A DNA stretch of 64,000 nucleotides from an uncultured Verrucomicrobiota bacterium (GTDB taxonomy: Bacteria; Verrucomicrobiota; Verrucomicrobiia; Limisphaerales; MWDV01), in contig CAZJTM010000001.1 of assembly GCA_964548925.1 (NCBI GenBank), positions 23,826 to 87,825 on the forward strand. Direction: 5' to 3'. Of the stretch, positions 1 through 11,300 are shown in pieces. The position numbers were made by a program, and so were the translations under genes. The number at the start of each line of letters is the position of its first letter. Within the stretch, counting starts at the first letter, position 1. The notes under the pieces are model-generated. The model was not told the DNA's origin. It saw only the letters and a program-made list of their open reading frames with translations, and made no database searches.

Positions 1-578
1 CCACGCCCGAGAATGCTTCCGGGGTTCAGCACCGCGTTGCAGCCGACCTCCGAGCCGTCGCCGAGGAGCGCGCCAAATTTCCGGAGGCCCGTGTCCAACG
101 GCTGACCCTCCCACTGGACCGTTACGTTGCCTGTGAAAGACTTGAAGTTCGACAGGATCACCCCCGCGCCCAGATGCGCACGGTGCCCCAAGATCGAGTC
201 GCCCACGTAGTTGAAATGCGGCACCTGGCAGCCGTTGAACAACAGGGCGTTCTTCAACTCGCAGGCGTTGCCGACGACGCAACCGTCGCCAACAATGACG
301 TTTTCCCGGATGTACGCGTTGTGGCGGATCTGGCAGTTCTTTCCGATGATCGCCGGTCCCTTAATCATTGCGCCGTCTTCGACCACCGTGCCTTCCCCGA
401 TGAAAACTTGCTCCCCAATGAATGCAACGCCCTCGCAGCGGTTCAAGAGCGCTGGCTTCACGTGGGCTTGCACGTACCCCTTGATGCGTCCGAGGGCTTC
501 CCAAGCGAAACCCACACCGTCGAACAGCGTGGCATGGTCCGTCTGGCTCAGGTCAAAAAGGTCCGCAGGTTTGAACAT
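1..578 (-). CDS. Hexapeptide-repeat (left-handed beta-helix) acyl/acetyltransferase; 3' part runs off the window start
   Basis: Reverse translation from the ATG (rc of 576-578) gives MFKPADLFDLSQTDHATLFDGVGFAWEALGRIKGYV... then hexad-periodic FIGEQVFIGEGTVVEDGAMIKGPAIIGKNCQIRHNAYIRENVIVGDGCVVGNAC. The frame is open to position 1. It is absent from the ORF track because its stop lies outside the window. Confidence 0.7.
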   Translation of the reverse strand, partial: MFKPADLFDLSQTDHATLFDGVGFAWEALGRIKGYVQAHVKPALLNRCEGVAFIGEQVFIGEGTVVEDGAMIKGPAIIGKNCQIRHNAYIRENVIVGDGCVVGNACELKNALLFNGCQVPHFNYVGDSILGHRAHLGAGVILSNFKSFTGNVTVQWEGQPLDTGLRKFGALLGDGSEVGCNAVLNPGSILGR

Positions 579-667
579 GCCGCCAACTTAGGCCAAACGA
601 CGGATTCCGTAACGCCTTTTTTCTTCCGCCTCGCCTCCCGCTCAGCCGGAGCTACATTTTGTGGCAA

Positions 668-1807
668 GTGCATACGATCTACTTTGATTACAACGCCACG
701 ACGCCTTTGGATCCCCGCGTGCGGGAGGCGATGCTGCCCTACTTCACGGAAGTCTGGGGCAATCCGTCCAGCATCCACCACATTGGCCAGCGTGCCCGTG
801 CGGCCTTGGATGACGCCCGCGCCCGCGCGGCGCTTGTCCTTGGATGCAGGCCCAGCGAAATCGTGTTCACCAGTGGCGGCACCGAGAGCAATAACCTCGC
901 ACTCCTTGGTGCGGCTCGTCTTCTCCGTAACAAAGGCCGTCATATCATCACTTCGGCTATTGAGCATCACGCTGTTCTGCATGCGTGCGACTATCTGGCT
1001 GAGTGGGAGGGTTTTGAAGTTACGCGGCTGCCAGTGGATGCCGAGGGCCGGGTTAGTCCGGATGATCTCCGCAAAGGACTGCGCGACGACACGATTCTTG
1101 TTTCAATCATGGCCGCCAACAATGAAATCGGCACAATCCAGCCGGTTGCCGAACTGGGTGCGATTTGCCGCGCGCGAAGCGTTGTATTTCATACAGACGC
1201 GGTCCAGTGGTTTGGGAAGGAACCAGTCAGCTCAGCCAATGATTTCCATGCCGACCTCGTTGCCATTTGTGGCCACAAGTTGCATGGACCCAAGGGAGTC
1301 GGGGCGCTTTACGTGCGTTCCCCGCTCCGGTTGCAACCCATGCTCCTCGGCGGAGCACATGAATTTGAGCGTCGGGCTGGCACCGAAAACCTGCCTGCCA
1401 TCATAGGCTTTGTGACGGCGCTGGAGTTGTTCACACGAAGACCAGTGTTCCCTCTAGATTCCTTGCGCCTTTGGACAAGTGAACTCATCTATGGCGCAGA
1501 GCAGATTCCCGGCGTTTCTTTTGTCGGTTCCCGCCTCCATCGTCTCGCAAACACCGCCGCGTTCGCGGTTTCCGGCGCTGACAACTTGTCGCTGCTGGCG
1601 GCACTTGATCTTCAAGGAGTCTGTGCCTCAAGCGGCTCGGCTTGCTCCGCTGGGTCCCTGACACCATCCCATGTGATGGCGGCTTTGGGTCTTGAACATC
1701 ACGCTCTCATCCGCTTTTCTCTGGGCCGGGAATCTACCCAAGCAGAGGTGATCACCGTTACCCGCTTGCTCCCTGACCTCATTCAGCGTGTACAACATGC
1801 CCAGTAA
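668..1807 (+). CDS. Cysteine desulfurase (NifS/IscS class V aminotransferase)
   Basis: IYFDYNATTPLDPRV N-terminus, PLP-lysine context AICGHKLHGPKGVGALYVR, and catalytic Cys loop SSGSACSAGS. The track ORF begins at TTG 659; GTG 668 gives the usual M-x-IYFDYNATT start. The start is uncertain by 9 nt. Confidence 0.85.
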   Translation: MHTIYFDYNATTPLDPRVREAMLPYFTEVWGNPSSIHHIGQRARAALDDARARAALVLGCRPSEIVFTSGGTESNNLALLGAARLLRNKGRHIITSAIEHHAVLHACDYLAEWEGFEVTRLPVDAEGRVSPDDLRKGLRDDTILVSIMAANNEIGTIQPVAELGAICRARSVVFHTDAVQWFGKEPVSSANDFHADLVAICGHKLHGPKGVGALYVRSPLRLQPMLLGGAHEFERRAGTENLPAIIGFVTALELFTRRPVFPLDSLRLWTSELIYGAEQIPGVSFVGSRLHRLANTAAFAVSGADNLSLLAALDLQGVCASSGSACSAGSLTPSHVMAALGLEHHALIRFSLGRESTQAEVITVTRLLPDLIQRVQHAQ

Positions 1808-1950
1808 CTGCGGAGCAAGCGGTGAATGGAGCGACGAGCATTGCGCATAAAGCCGATTTGCCCACGCCTCAAACCCTCCGGTGCAGAGTCTTGTGAACAA
1901 CCTGTGCTCCGAAAAAGCGCCACTGGCCTTGACACCCCCGCTTGTTTGCC

Positions 1951-1959
1951 TTATTCACA
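1951..1959 (+). promoter_or_regulatory. Single DnaA-box-like 9-mer (TTATTCACA) upstream of dnaN
   Basis: Matches the relaxed DnaA box consensus TTATNCACA. It lies 55 nt upstream of the dnaN ATG, and a TTGACA hexamer sits at 1929-1934. There is only one box, so this is not evidence for an origin. Confidence 0.25.
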
Positions 1960-2013
1960 GCCTCTAAGAATACGAGTACCTTGGGTGCCTGAAGATACAT
2001 CTATTATCACCGA

Positions 2014-3123
2014 ATGAAGCTGACGATCGCAAAGGAGCAACTGATCAACGGTCTGCAAGCGGTGCAGAACGTCGTGGGAGCGCGGACCACCCTGCCGATC
2101 CTGTCGAATGTGCTGATCCGTGGAGATGGGGATCGCTTGGAATTGACGGCGACCGATCTGGACGTGACGGTTTCATGCAAGGTGGAGGCCAAGATTGTAA
2201 AGGGAGGGGCCTCGACAGTCCCGGTCAAGAAACTGTTTGGCATCGTGCGGGAACTCAACGGGATGGAAATCGAGTTGGAGGTGGACGACAAACATGCGTG
2301 CAGCATCCGTGCGGCGGCTTCGTTTTACCGCATCAACGGTCTGGCGGCGGATGAGTTTCCGCCAATCCCGAGGTTCAAGGAAGACAAGAAGGTGGTGCTG
2401 CCACAGGAAACAATGGCGGCCATGTTGAAAAAAACCTCGTTTGCGGTTTCAACCGACGAGTCGCGTTACGTCCTGAATGGGATTTATTTCAGCCTGAAAG
2501 ATCACAAGTTGACGCTGGTAGCGACTGACGGTCGTCGTTTGGCGCTTGTGGACGAGGAGTTGGACGTTCCTGAGAAAAGCCAAGGTGAGTTCATCGTTCC
2601 AGCGAAAACCGTGAACGAGTTGACACGTCTGCTCCAAGGCAAAGGTACGGTGGAGTTGAAATACGCGGAGAATCAAGCCGCCTTTGCACTGGCGGATGAA
2701 AAGGGCGGTTCTGTCCTCATTACCACAAAGCTCATTGAGGGCAATTACCCGAATTACCGGCAGGTCATCCCTGCGGAGGCGAAGGAGCGGATTCCCTTGA
2801 TGCGGGAAGAATTTCTGCATGCGTTGCGGCGGGCGGAAATCATGACCACCGACAAGGCAAACTCGGTCAAGTTGAATTTTGGCAAGAATAACCTGGCGAT
2901 CACCGCGAATTCACCAGAGATCGGCGAGGCGCGCGAAAGCATCGCGGTGAACTACAAGGGTAACGATATTGCGGTGGCCTTCAATCCGCGCTATCTGATT
3001 GAACCGTTGGCGGCATTGTCGCAGGACGAGGTGTTCTTCGAGTTGACCGACGAACTCAGCCCCGGGGTGTTGAAAATCAACGGCCCGTTTTTGTACGTGG
3101 TCATGCCGATGCGGCTGAGTTGA
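2014..3123 (+). CDS. dnaN: DNA polymerase III beta sliding clamp
   Basis: 369 aa. MKLTIAKEQLINGLQAVQNVVGARTTLPILSNVLI... has the typical DnaN N-terminus and three-domain length. ATG at 2014. Confidence 0.93.
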   Translation: MKLTIAKEQLINGLQAVQNVVGARTTLPILSNVLIRGDGDRLELTATDLDVTVSCKVEAKIVKGGASTVPVKKLFGIVRELNGMEIELEVDDKHACSIRAAASFYRINGLAADEFPPIPRFKEDKKVVLPQETMAAMLKKTSFAVSTDESRYVLNGIYFSLKDHKLTLVATDGRRLALVDEELDVPEKSQGEFIVPAKTVNELTRLLQGKGTVELKYAENQAAFALADEKGGSVLITTKLIEGNYPNYRQVIPAEAKERIPLMREEFLHALRRAEIMTTDKANSVKLNFGKNNLAITANSPEIGEARESIAVNYKGNDIAVAFNPRYLIEPLAALSQDEVFFELTDELSPGVLKINGPFLYVVMPMRLS

Positions 3124-3125
3124 AA

Positions 3126-3548
3126 TCAACGGCCTGCCTCTTTCGTGAAAGCGCTAACCGTCCGGATATCGGCCTCCTTGGCCGCGTCCATGACCTTCAC
3201 GATCTGACCAAAGGGCGCGCTCTTGTCGGCGCTGATGGCGAGCTTTACCTGCGGATTCTTGGAGGCGGCGTCAAGGAGTTGCTGCTTCAAGCCCTCGGCG
3301 GACACCGGACGGGCGTCCGCGCCAAAGCGCAAGTTCCCTTGCGGGTCCACCGTGACCACCATCGGCGCATCCTCCTGCGCGCCGCTCTTGAGCGCCTGTG
3401 AAGATTCCGGGAGGGCCAGCTTGAGCGCGGGTTGCTGTTTGAAGGCCGTGGTCACCATCAGGAAGATCAGCATCACAATCAGCACGTCAATCAGCGCGAC
3501 AATGATGACCGTAGGCGTCTGGCGGCGTTTGCGAACAAAGAAGCGCAT
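3126..3548 (-). CDS. exbD: Biopolymer transport protein ExbD/TolR
   Basis: MRFFVRKRRQTPTVIIVALIDVLIVMLIFLMV single TM helix followed by a periplasmic domain, with typical ExbD/TolR size. The internal ATG at 3548 is preferred over the longer track ORF (3614). Confidence 0.8.
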   Translation of the reverse strand: MRFFVRKRRQTPTVIIVALIDVLIVMLIFLMVTTAFKQQPALKLALPESSQALKSGAQEDAPMVVTVDPQGNLRFGADARPVSAEGLKQQLLDAASKNPQVKLAISADKSAPFGQIVKVMDAAKEADIRTVSAFTKEAGR

Positions 3549-3626
3549 GGTTGGACTCCACTTGAAGCGGCGGAGCGTTGAATGTTGAACCGAAAGACCG
3601 ATGTTGCGGTTCAACGGTGTAACGGT

Positions 3627-4226
3627 TTAACGCCCTTTCCCCTCCTCTCGGTATTGCCGCCGCAGGAATTCATCACAGAGCGTCTCCATCTCGACCGCCA
3701 GCGTCTCCACCTTCTTGCTGAAGTAGCTCCAGGCAATCAGCGCCGGAATTGCGATGAGCAGGCCCAGCAGGGTTGCGCGCAGGATCAGCGAGATTCCCTG
3801 CGCCAGCTTGGCGGCGTCATTCAAGCCGGCGTGACCCACGTCCGCAAACACTGTCATCATTCCGACAATCGTCCCGACGAGGCCCAACAGCGGCGCCACA
3901 CCAACCGCCATTTCGAGCACCACGAGGCCGCGTTCGAGCTTCACGATTTCGTGGCGTGCCCGCGTCTGGAGTCCGTTTGCATTTTCGTCCTTGGGCCGGT
4001 CAAGATGATCGGTGGCCAAGAGCAGCAGCCGGCTCAGGGCCGAAGGGTGCTGGTCACAAACCCGGCGTAGCATCGGCACGTCGGCTTTCGTGTAACACGA
4101 CTCGACGGCCGCCTCAATCTCGGGTGGCACGACCTTGCGCCAGCGCAGCGCCAGGCCGCGCTCGATGATAAACGCCAGGCTGACCAGCGAGGTCAGCAAC
4201 AGCAACACATACACAGCGAATTCCAT
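3627..4226 (-). CDS. exbB: MotA/TolQ/ExbB proton-channel protein
   Basis: 199 aa with three TM segments. The conserved C-terminal part VAPLLGLVGTIVGMMTVF...ISLILRATLLGLLIAIPALIAW is typical of ExbB/TolQ. Confidence 0.85.
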   Translation of the reverse strand: MEFAVYVLLLLTSLVSLAFIIERGLALRWRKVVPPEIEAAVESCYTKADVPMLRRVCDQHPSALSRLLLLATDHLDRPKDENANGLQTRARHEIVKLERGLVVLEMAVGVAPLLGLVGTIVGMMTVFADVGHAGLNDAAKLAQGISLILRATLLGLLIAIPALIAWSYFSKKVETLAVEMETLCDEFLRRQYREEGKGR

Positions 4227-4252
4227 GTTCCGTCTGTTCCTTTGGCCAGTTG

Positions 4253-5242
4253 TCAGTTGTAATAAAAGGTGAATGTCACAGTCCGCTTATTGCCGTTGAT
4301 CATGTGGCGCATCTCGGTTGGCCAGGGCGCGTACGGGGCGGGGTCCAACACCGCCATCTCGCACAGCAGGCTCAAGTCGAGCGCCACGGACGATTCCTGG
4401 ACCTTCATATCGGTGATTCGCCCGTCGCTGTTCAAGGCAAATTGCAGCACCACCTTGCCGCGCTGATAGCCGTCGTAGCGCTTGGCTTCGAGCAAATCAT
4501 ACCAACGCTCGCTGACCGCATCAACCAAGGCGCGGTCGTATCGCCCAATCGGCGATTCGCTGACATCCAAGCCCGCAAAGTCAAGGCGCCGCTTGACGCC
4601 ACCCTCCTGTTTCATCTTCTGGCCGGGCGGACTGTTCTCCTGCCGGGCTCGGGCCGCGGCGAGCGTTCGCACGCGCGGCCTCGCCTCGGTCCCATCAGTC
4701 TTGCGCGCTACGTCTTCAGCTTTGGCCAGGGTCAGATCGCCCGGAGGCTGCGCGGCTTTGGCCTTGGCCTCCTCTTGTGGCGGCGCCGATTCAACAGGTA
4801 ACGCTGGCTGCAGGCGGTCAAAAGGATTGCGCTGGGTGTCCTCCGTCTTGACCATCTGCTCCTGCGTACCGGCGATCTTGGGAATGTTGGTGTCTCGGTC
4901 GGCCTCCGGATTGGCGGCGCGCGAGCTTCTGTCGGAATAATACTTGGCGTCCGGCGGCGCGTCGGTTGTGGCTTGCGCGGGATTGACATGCACGAAGACC
5001 AGGGGCGGCTCCGGATTTGCCATCGCCTCCTTCTTCGCGGCGATGGCCTGCTCCAGGTTGCGGCTGAGTTTCAGCCAGTGCGGCAGCAGGACATCGGGCT
5101 GCCACTGGAGATGGCGCGCCAGTTTGTAAGCACCGAAGAGCAGCAGATGCACCGCCAGCGAAATCAGAAACGCCCGGAGCAACCGCTGTTTGTCATGGCG
5201 GCTCAGGCGGATCTGCAGACTGGTGGCGACGGCGTCAGCCAT
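4253..5242 (-). CDS. TonB/TolA-like energy-transducer protein (N-terminal TM anchor, Pro/Glu/Ala-rich linker, TonB_C-like C-terminus)
   Basis: N-terminal anchor LLRAFLISLAVHLLLFGAY, an acidic/proline-rich middle (PVESAPPQEEAKAKAAQPPG), and a C-terminal beta-alpha-beta-like GKVVLQFALNSDGRITDMKVQESS... It is adjacent to exbB and exbD on the same strand. Confidence 0.65.
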   Translation of the reverse strand: MADAVATSLQIRLSRHDKQRLLRAFLISLAVHLLLFGAYKLARHLQWQPDVLLPHWLKLSRNLEQAIAAKKEAMANPEPPLVFVHVNPAQATTDAPPDAKYYSDRSSRAANPEADRDTNIPKIAGTQEQMVKTEDTQRNPFDRLQPALPVESAPPQEEAKAKAAQPPGDLTLAKAEDVARKTDGTEARPRVRTLAAARARQENSPPGQKMKQEGGVKRRLDFAGLDVSESPIGRYDRALVDAVSERWYDLLEAKRYDGYQRGKVVLQFALNSDGRITDMKVQESSVALDLSLLCEMAVLDPAPYAPWPTEMRHMINGNKRTVTFTFYYN

Positions 5243-5333
5243 GCGGGAAAGGTTGCCATAGCCGGCAAGCGGGGCAACTGTTTACCGGAGTGCCCCACTG
5301 CGGAAGTTGAGCGTGGTTGCCACGGACGATTAG

Positions 5334-8300
5334 TCACTTCGTCTCGTCCACCCGCACGCGCAGTTCCGCACCATTGCACCGAATCTCCGGCACGTACATC
5401 GCGTGGCCCAACACCGGCAGCGCGTGGAAACGCCCCGGCACTTCGGCGCGCAGGTCGTAGCGGATTTTCCAGACGCCCTCGGGCAGTTTGTCCACGAAGA
5501 GCGCCACCTTGCGGTCGCGCAACTCCTGATAGACCCAACGCTGGCGGCCCGTGAAGTCCTGCTGGCCTGACCTGTCCGACCTGTCGAACACCGCGCCGCC
5601 GCCACCCCGCCGATCCACCGCTCCACTCTTGAGCTCGCGCGCATACAGCGCCTGCCCGCTGCGCACTTCCACCGCCTCGAACCCCGCCGGCTTCAGGTCC
5701 TCGAACACCAGATACTCGTAGTTGTTCTTGCCCTCGATGGTGAGCACCGTTTCCACGCGCTCGCCACTCCGCACGCTTTCGCCGTCGCGCAGCGGTTCGC
5801 GATCATACACGTAGCCTTTCAGCAGCGTTGGGCGGCCGACGAGCTTGAAGTACTCGCGCTTGACGAAGATTTCGTTGCCGGTGGGCGTGATCGGCTCTTC
5901 GAGGCTGAAGAACCGCGCTTCCACCGCGAAGTAAATGGGGGCGCTGCCGCTGCGGCGCACGATGCGCACATTTGGCTGATCCGTCAGATCCGTCGGATCC
6001 ACGGTGAACCGGCTCGGCGCGCTGAACACCTCCGCGCCGCTCACCTTTCGCCGCGCAATGCTCTTGCCGTTCACCAACACCTCATACTCCAGCTCCGGTT
6101 TGAGTTCGCCGCTCACGCGCAGGTAGTCGTTCAGCGCCAGCACCACGATGGCGGTGTCGCGGGTGTTGCTCCATTGCGCGCCGCGGCGGTTCTTGATGAG
6201 CCAGTTGGCCACCGGCTCGATGAGCTTGTTCTGCGGGTCAATCGCCAGCAGCGCCCGCAATGCAAACGCCGTCGCCTCCACGCCGCCATCGCTCCAGCGC
6301 CACCACAGGCCGTCCTCGCCCCAATGCGCCGTGCCCATTACACCGGCATTCTCGGGCTGGCCGGCGATGAGTACCGAGGTGTCGGGGCGGTCGTCGCGCT
6401 TCACGCCGTTCTCCAGGTTCTCGATGAGCGTCTTGGCGCGGTCGGTCTGGCCGAGGTGATGCGCCGCCAGCGCGAACAGGGCGCGGGTATAGGCGTTGAG
6501 CTGCTCGCGGTTCGACCAGAGGTTGTCCGCCGCCTTCACAATCGCCGCGATCTGGAGCGCATCCTTGGAGGGCGCGTAGCAAACCGCCAGCGCGTGGAGC
6601 ATGAACGCCTGCATGTCGAAGTTTGCCTCCTCCTCGACCAGCGTCTTGACCAGGAAATCCCGACCGCGGTTCAGGGCGTCGTCCTTCACCTTGAGGCCCG
6701 CGTCGCGCGCCAACGCCAGCCCCCAGACCACGTAGGCCGTCATCCAGCGATCACTCTCGCCTTCCTTCCACCAGCCCCAGCCGCCGTCGCCGTGCTGGAA
6801 ATCGTAAAGCCGCTCCAGGCCGGCCTGCGTCATCTTGTCGAGTTCGGCGAGATTCTTTTTGCCCTTCGGATGCGTGGCGGCGGCGGTGTTCGTCTCGATG
6901 CCACCGAAGACGCGGCCCATTACGTCCTCGGGATCGAGGCCGAGGTCGCGCAACGTCTTGGCCGTGATGACGGCGGGCAGGAAGCGGCTCATCGTTTGTT
7001 CGGTGCAGCCGTAAGGGTAATCGGCCAGGTAGGGCAACGCGTCGAGCATCGTCACCGCGAGGCTGGGTGTGACCTGCACGGTCAGCGACGTTGAACCCGC
7101 CTTGCGCTCCTTGGGCAGATCCAGCTTCACGGTGATGTCGTTGCCGCGCACCTTGCCGGACTTGGCGATGAACTTCTCGATGCCGTGCTCGTGCGAGATG
7201 AAAGTTTTCTCCATCGCGTCGGCGTACTGGCCGCCGCGGCCAGTGACTTTCAGCTTCACTTCGCCGGGCTGCTTGACTTCGCAAAGCCAGTCGGCACGGG
7301 CCTCGCCGTTGGCGGGGACGTTCACGCGTAGGTCAGGCGTCCCGCCTGACTCTGACTTCTTTGGGTTCTTTTCAGATGGAGACAGGCGGGACGCCTGTCC
7401 TACGACGAGGCCGCTCGCATCCAAGGCGACTCGCACCTCCAACGCCTCGTCCGTGTTGTTGTTCACCACGGCCGAGATCGTGACGGTGTCGCCGACGACG
7501 AAGAAGCGCGGGGCTTGGAGGCGGACGATGAGCGGTTGCTTCGTGCGCGTGGTCGCGCTGGCAATGCCAAACTGGCTGGCCTGCGACACGGCGCGCGCCG
7601 TGGCCTTCCAGCCGGTGAGCGAGTCGGGGTATTTCACCTTCACCGTGGCCTTGCCGCTGGCGTCGGTCTTCACGTCCGGCTGCCAGAAGACGGTCGCGCG
7701 GAAATCGGTGCGGACCTGGACGGCGGGCTCCTGACCGGACGGTTGAATGGGCATTTCGGCGGCAATCTTGGCTTTGTCGGCCCTGAACTCCGCACCGAAC
7801 GCCATGGGGGCTGATTCGGGAACCGCCATCAGCTCGTTCATGGCGATGCCACCACGACGCCGAAAGGCGGCCAGCACGTCGGTGGGCGGTAGAGCGGCAC
7901 CGCCCAAACCATAGCCCTGCTCCCGAAACGATCCTATCGACGCCAGGGGGATTCCTGTCGTCGGATCCACTTGGCTCAGGGAAGAATCCCCGTCGGCATA
8001 CGCCGCCTCTTCCCGCAACCGCCGATCCCGCGACGCCTTGTCCTGCTCGTCGTACAACTCGTCCTTGTCACCGAGCAACAACTTGGCATAGCCCTTCTGG
8101 TTCATTGTGGCCTGCGTCTGCACCTGCAGGGCGCGCTTCTCGCCGTAGTAAAACTGCCGCGGGTCGCCGGCGTAGTCGCTCTGGATGTAGAACACCGATT
8201 CGTCCACCAGCCCGAGCGAAACCTCGGCGGACACCGGCTTGCCTTCGTCGTTCTTCGTGGTGACGGTCAGCGTGGCTTCGTCGCGCGGCTGATATTGAGC

Positions 8301-11300
8301 CTTGTCGGGCTTTACTTCGACGGTGAGGAAGTTCTTCGTCGGCGGGACGATGACTTGCTTGGTGTCGGTGAAGATCTGGCGGTCGCTCACAAGCGTCGCG
8401 CCGAGGAACACGTTCGGCACGTATTTCTCGTCCACGAACAGGTCGAGCAATTTCACCGGGCCATCCATGTGAACGAGCCGATGGTGGTAAAGGTCCTCGC
8501 CTTCGACGGTGAACAGGACATAGCGGTCGGGCGAATTGGCGACGAGCATCACGGGCGCTTCGCTGCCGACGCGGAAGGTGTCTTTGTCCGCGATAATCTC
8601 CACGCCGCCGTGGCGGTAGCCGAGTTCGGTGGTGGTGGTGGTGGCGACCCAGACGGTGGTTTCGGCGCGGATCGAACGTGCTGCCGGCATCTTGCCGGCA
8701 GAACTATCTTGAGAGCCACCTCGGTCAGTTTGATCTGCGGGCAGGATGCCCGCAGCACGTTCGTTGGAGCCTGCTTCTGGCATCCTGCCAGAACTGCCGT
8801 CCTTTGCAGGCCGGTCGTCCCCGACCCAAGTGAACCGGTAATAGCCCTCGCGCTCGGGCGTGAAGGTGAGCGTGGCGTTGCCCTCGGCATCGGTCTTGGG
8901 CGTCTGCGTGAGGATGTCGTCGTGCCGGTAGCCGCGGAACTTGAGCCGCCAATCCTTCTGGTCGGGCCGCTCGGGCGGGGGCGGCCAGATTTTGTGTTTT
9001 GCCTGAAGCGCCTTGAGTTCGTCGCCCTGAACCTCCGTGCCGTCGGGCTTGAGCCAGATTTCCCACCAGTAATCGCGCGTGACCTTGACCGTGCCCTCGG
9101 TGACGACGGGTTGCTCGTTGGCGTCCTGCGCCCGGAAATCCACGCGCGCCTTGTCCTGCGGGCGATAGAGGTTGTGCTCGGCCTGCGGATAAACGTAGTA
9201 ACGTTGCCGGGTGACGCGCACGCTGCCGCTGCCAGTGATCTCGCGCCGGCTGGCGTCGGTCACGCGCGCTTCGATGCGATACTCGAAGTCCTGGTTGGCG
9301 TTGGCGGGCGTTTCGAAAGTGAGCGTGGCCTTGCCCGTGGCGTCGGTCTTGAGCGTCTCTCGTTTCACAATCTGCCCGCCGCCGCCATACCAGCGACCGA
9401 ACCGCCGCGGGCTGCTCTCGTCGTCCTCGTAAAACCACGCGAAGTCGCGCGGCTTGCGCCAGGTGAGCCAGAGCGGATTCTGCCGCACGAGCACCTCGAC
9501 GCTGGCATTGGCGACCGGCCCGCCGAAGTAGTAATCCGCCTGGACCGTGACCTCGACGGTCTCGCCGAGGCGGAACGCCTTGCGTTTACCGTCCTCCTCC
9601 GGCGTCTGCACGGCGACTTTGAACTCGGGCAGCTTGTATTCCTCCAACCGGAACAACGTCGCGCCGCCGATGCTGTTCTTGCGGCCCTCGTCCCAGAACT
9701 GGATTTGGTATTCACCCAGCGGCATGGCCTCGGTGAGTTCGAGCGCGCCCCAGGCGCTGCCGAAGGCGTTGAGCGTGGCCTTGTCCGCCTTCACCTTCGC
9801 GCCGCGCGGGTCGGTGATCTCGAACTCGACAACCGCGTTGGCCGGCGTGGAATAAACCGAGCCGTTGTGGCGGCGGGCGATGAACTTCCAGTTCACCGTC
9901 TCCTTCGGGCGATACGCGGGCCGATCGGTGAAGGCATAAATGCGCCACGCCTCGCGCTCGCCGCGATGCCAGTAACTGTTGCCCGGGCTGAATGCCTGGC
10001 GGTCGCCGGCGGTGGCGCTGGCGAACAGCTCCAGCCCACGATCGGACCGATCTGACAAATCAAACACCGCAATGCCGTCCGCACCGGTCTGCTTGGTGTG
10101 GTCGCGGGTGCGCCAACGGTTGCCGTCGTGCCAGCGTTCCCAGAGGCGCACTTTCGCGTTGGGGATGGGCGCGCTGTGCAAGGCGTTGCAGAAATAAACC
10201 AGCGCCTGTTTGCCGGAGGTTTTGAGCACGAGCGCGGCGTCGGTGACCAGGATCAACTCGCGCGCCTCGCGGTCGCCGGCTTTGGCTTCGAGCACGTAGG
10301 CGCCGGGCTTGAGTTTGCCGTCGAGGCGCAGTGTGGCGTTGCCGGGTTTGTAGTCCTCTTGATCTGTAGCCGCCGACGTCAGTCGGCGGTGGCTTTCTGA
10401 GGATTCGGTTTCCGCGGACTCACGTCCGCGGCTACGGGAATCGTGCGTCCACGACTTGACCCGCTGGAGCCTGCCGACGTCAATCGAAGTCAGCCAATCC
10501 GTGCGGCGTTTTTCGTCCAGGCGGGCGAGGTCCACGTCGCGGGTCAGGTCGGCGGCGTAGAGCGCCAGCTCGATTTTCTTCACGTTGCGCCAGTTCAGGT
10601 GGTATTCGATCTCCGAGTCGGGCAGGAAGATGTTCGGCACGCTCACACCCAGTTGCGGCTCGGTGATGCTCTTGATCTGCTGCTGCGCCTGCCGCAAGTA
10701 ACGCGTTTCGCCCTCAGTGAACTCGCTGATCAGCCGGCGGAACAGTTCGAGCGCCTTCACGTAATCCGGCTCGGTGCGCCAGTTGCCGTCGGGAAGCGGA
10801 ATGACGCGGCCCTGACCGGCCATCCACTCGGCGTAGTGGTAAAGCGCGTCGTCATACCAATCGGTGGCTTTGCCGGGCTTGAGCGCGGCTTCGAAGTATT
10901 CCGGCACGCGCACCAGCCGCGCCCAATCGCCGCCCTGCTGCCGCAGCGCCATGGCGAGGAGGTAATGCGCGCGGGCCTGCTCGTTGTCCGTGCGGGCGAT
11001 CTTGAGCGCGTTGTCGAGGACGGCGACGGGAATCTGGTTGCCCCAGTAACCGTAGCCGAGGCCGCGCGCCATGCCGGGCGGCTGGGCGCAGCGCCAGACG
11101 ATGGCGAGGTAGCGATCACAGGCCAGTTCCACATCACGCGCGCCGGCCCACCAATCCAGCGCCTGCTGGTAATGCGGCCAGGCCGCGCCCCAGTTTTGCT
11201 GCCCGCGCCGCGTCCACCAGAAATCCCCGAGCGACTCCTGCGCCTCGGCCCAGACGCGGTCTTTTTCCTCCTCGCGCTGCACGTCGCGGACGAGTTTTTC

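Noticed and set aside
174-1406. 410-aa plus-strand ORF spanning the first two genes
   Set aside because: It overlaps the hexapeptide transferase gene on the opposite strand and the cysteine desulfurase gene out of frame. Its Arg/Ala/Pro-rich composition is typical of spurious ORFs in GC-rich DNA.
7971-10055. 694-aa plus-strand ORF
   Set aside because: It is antisense to the A2M gene, which carries clear family motifs. It has no motifs and shows GC-rich antisense composition.
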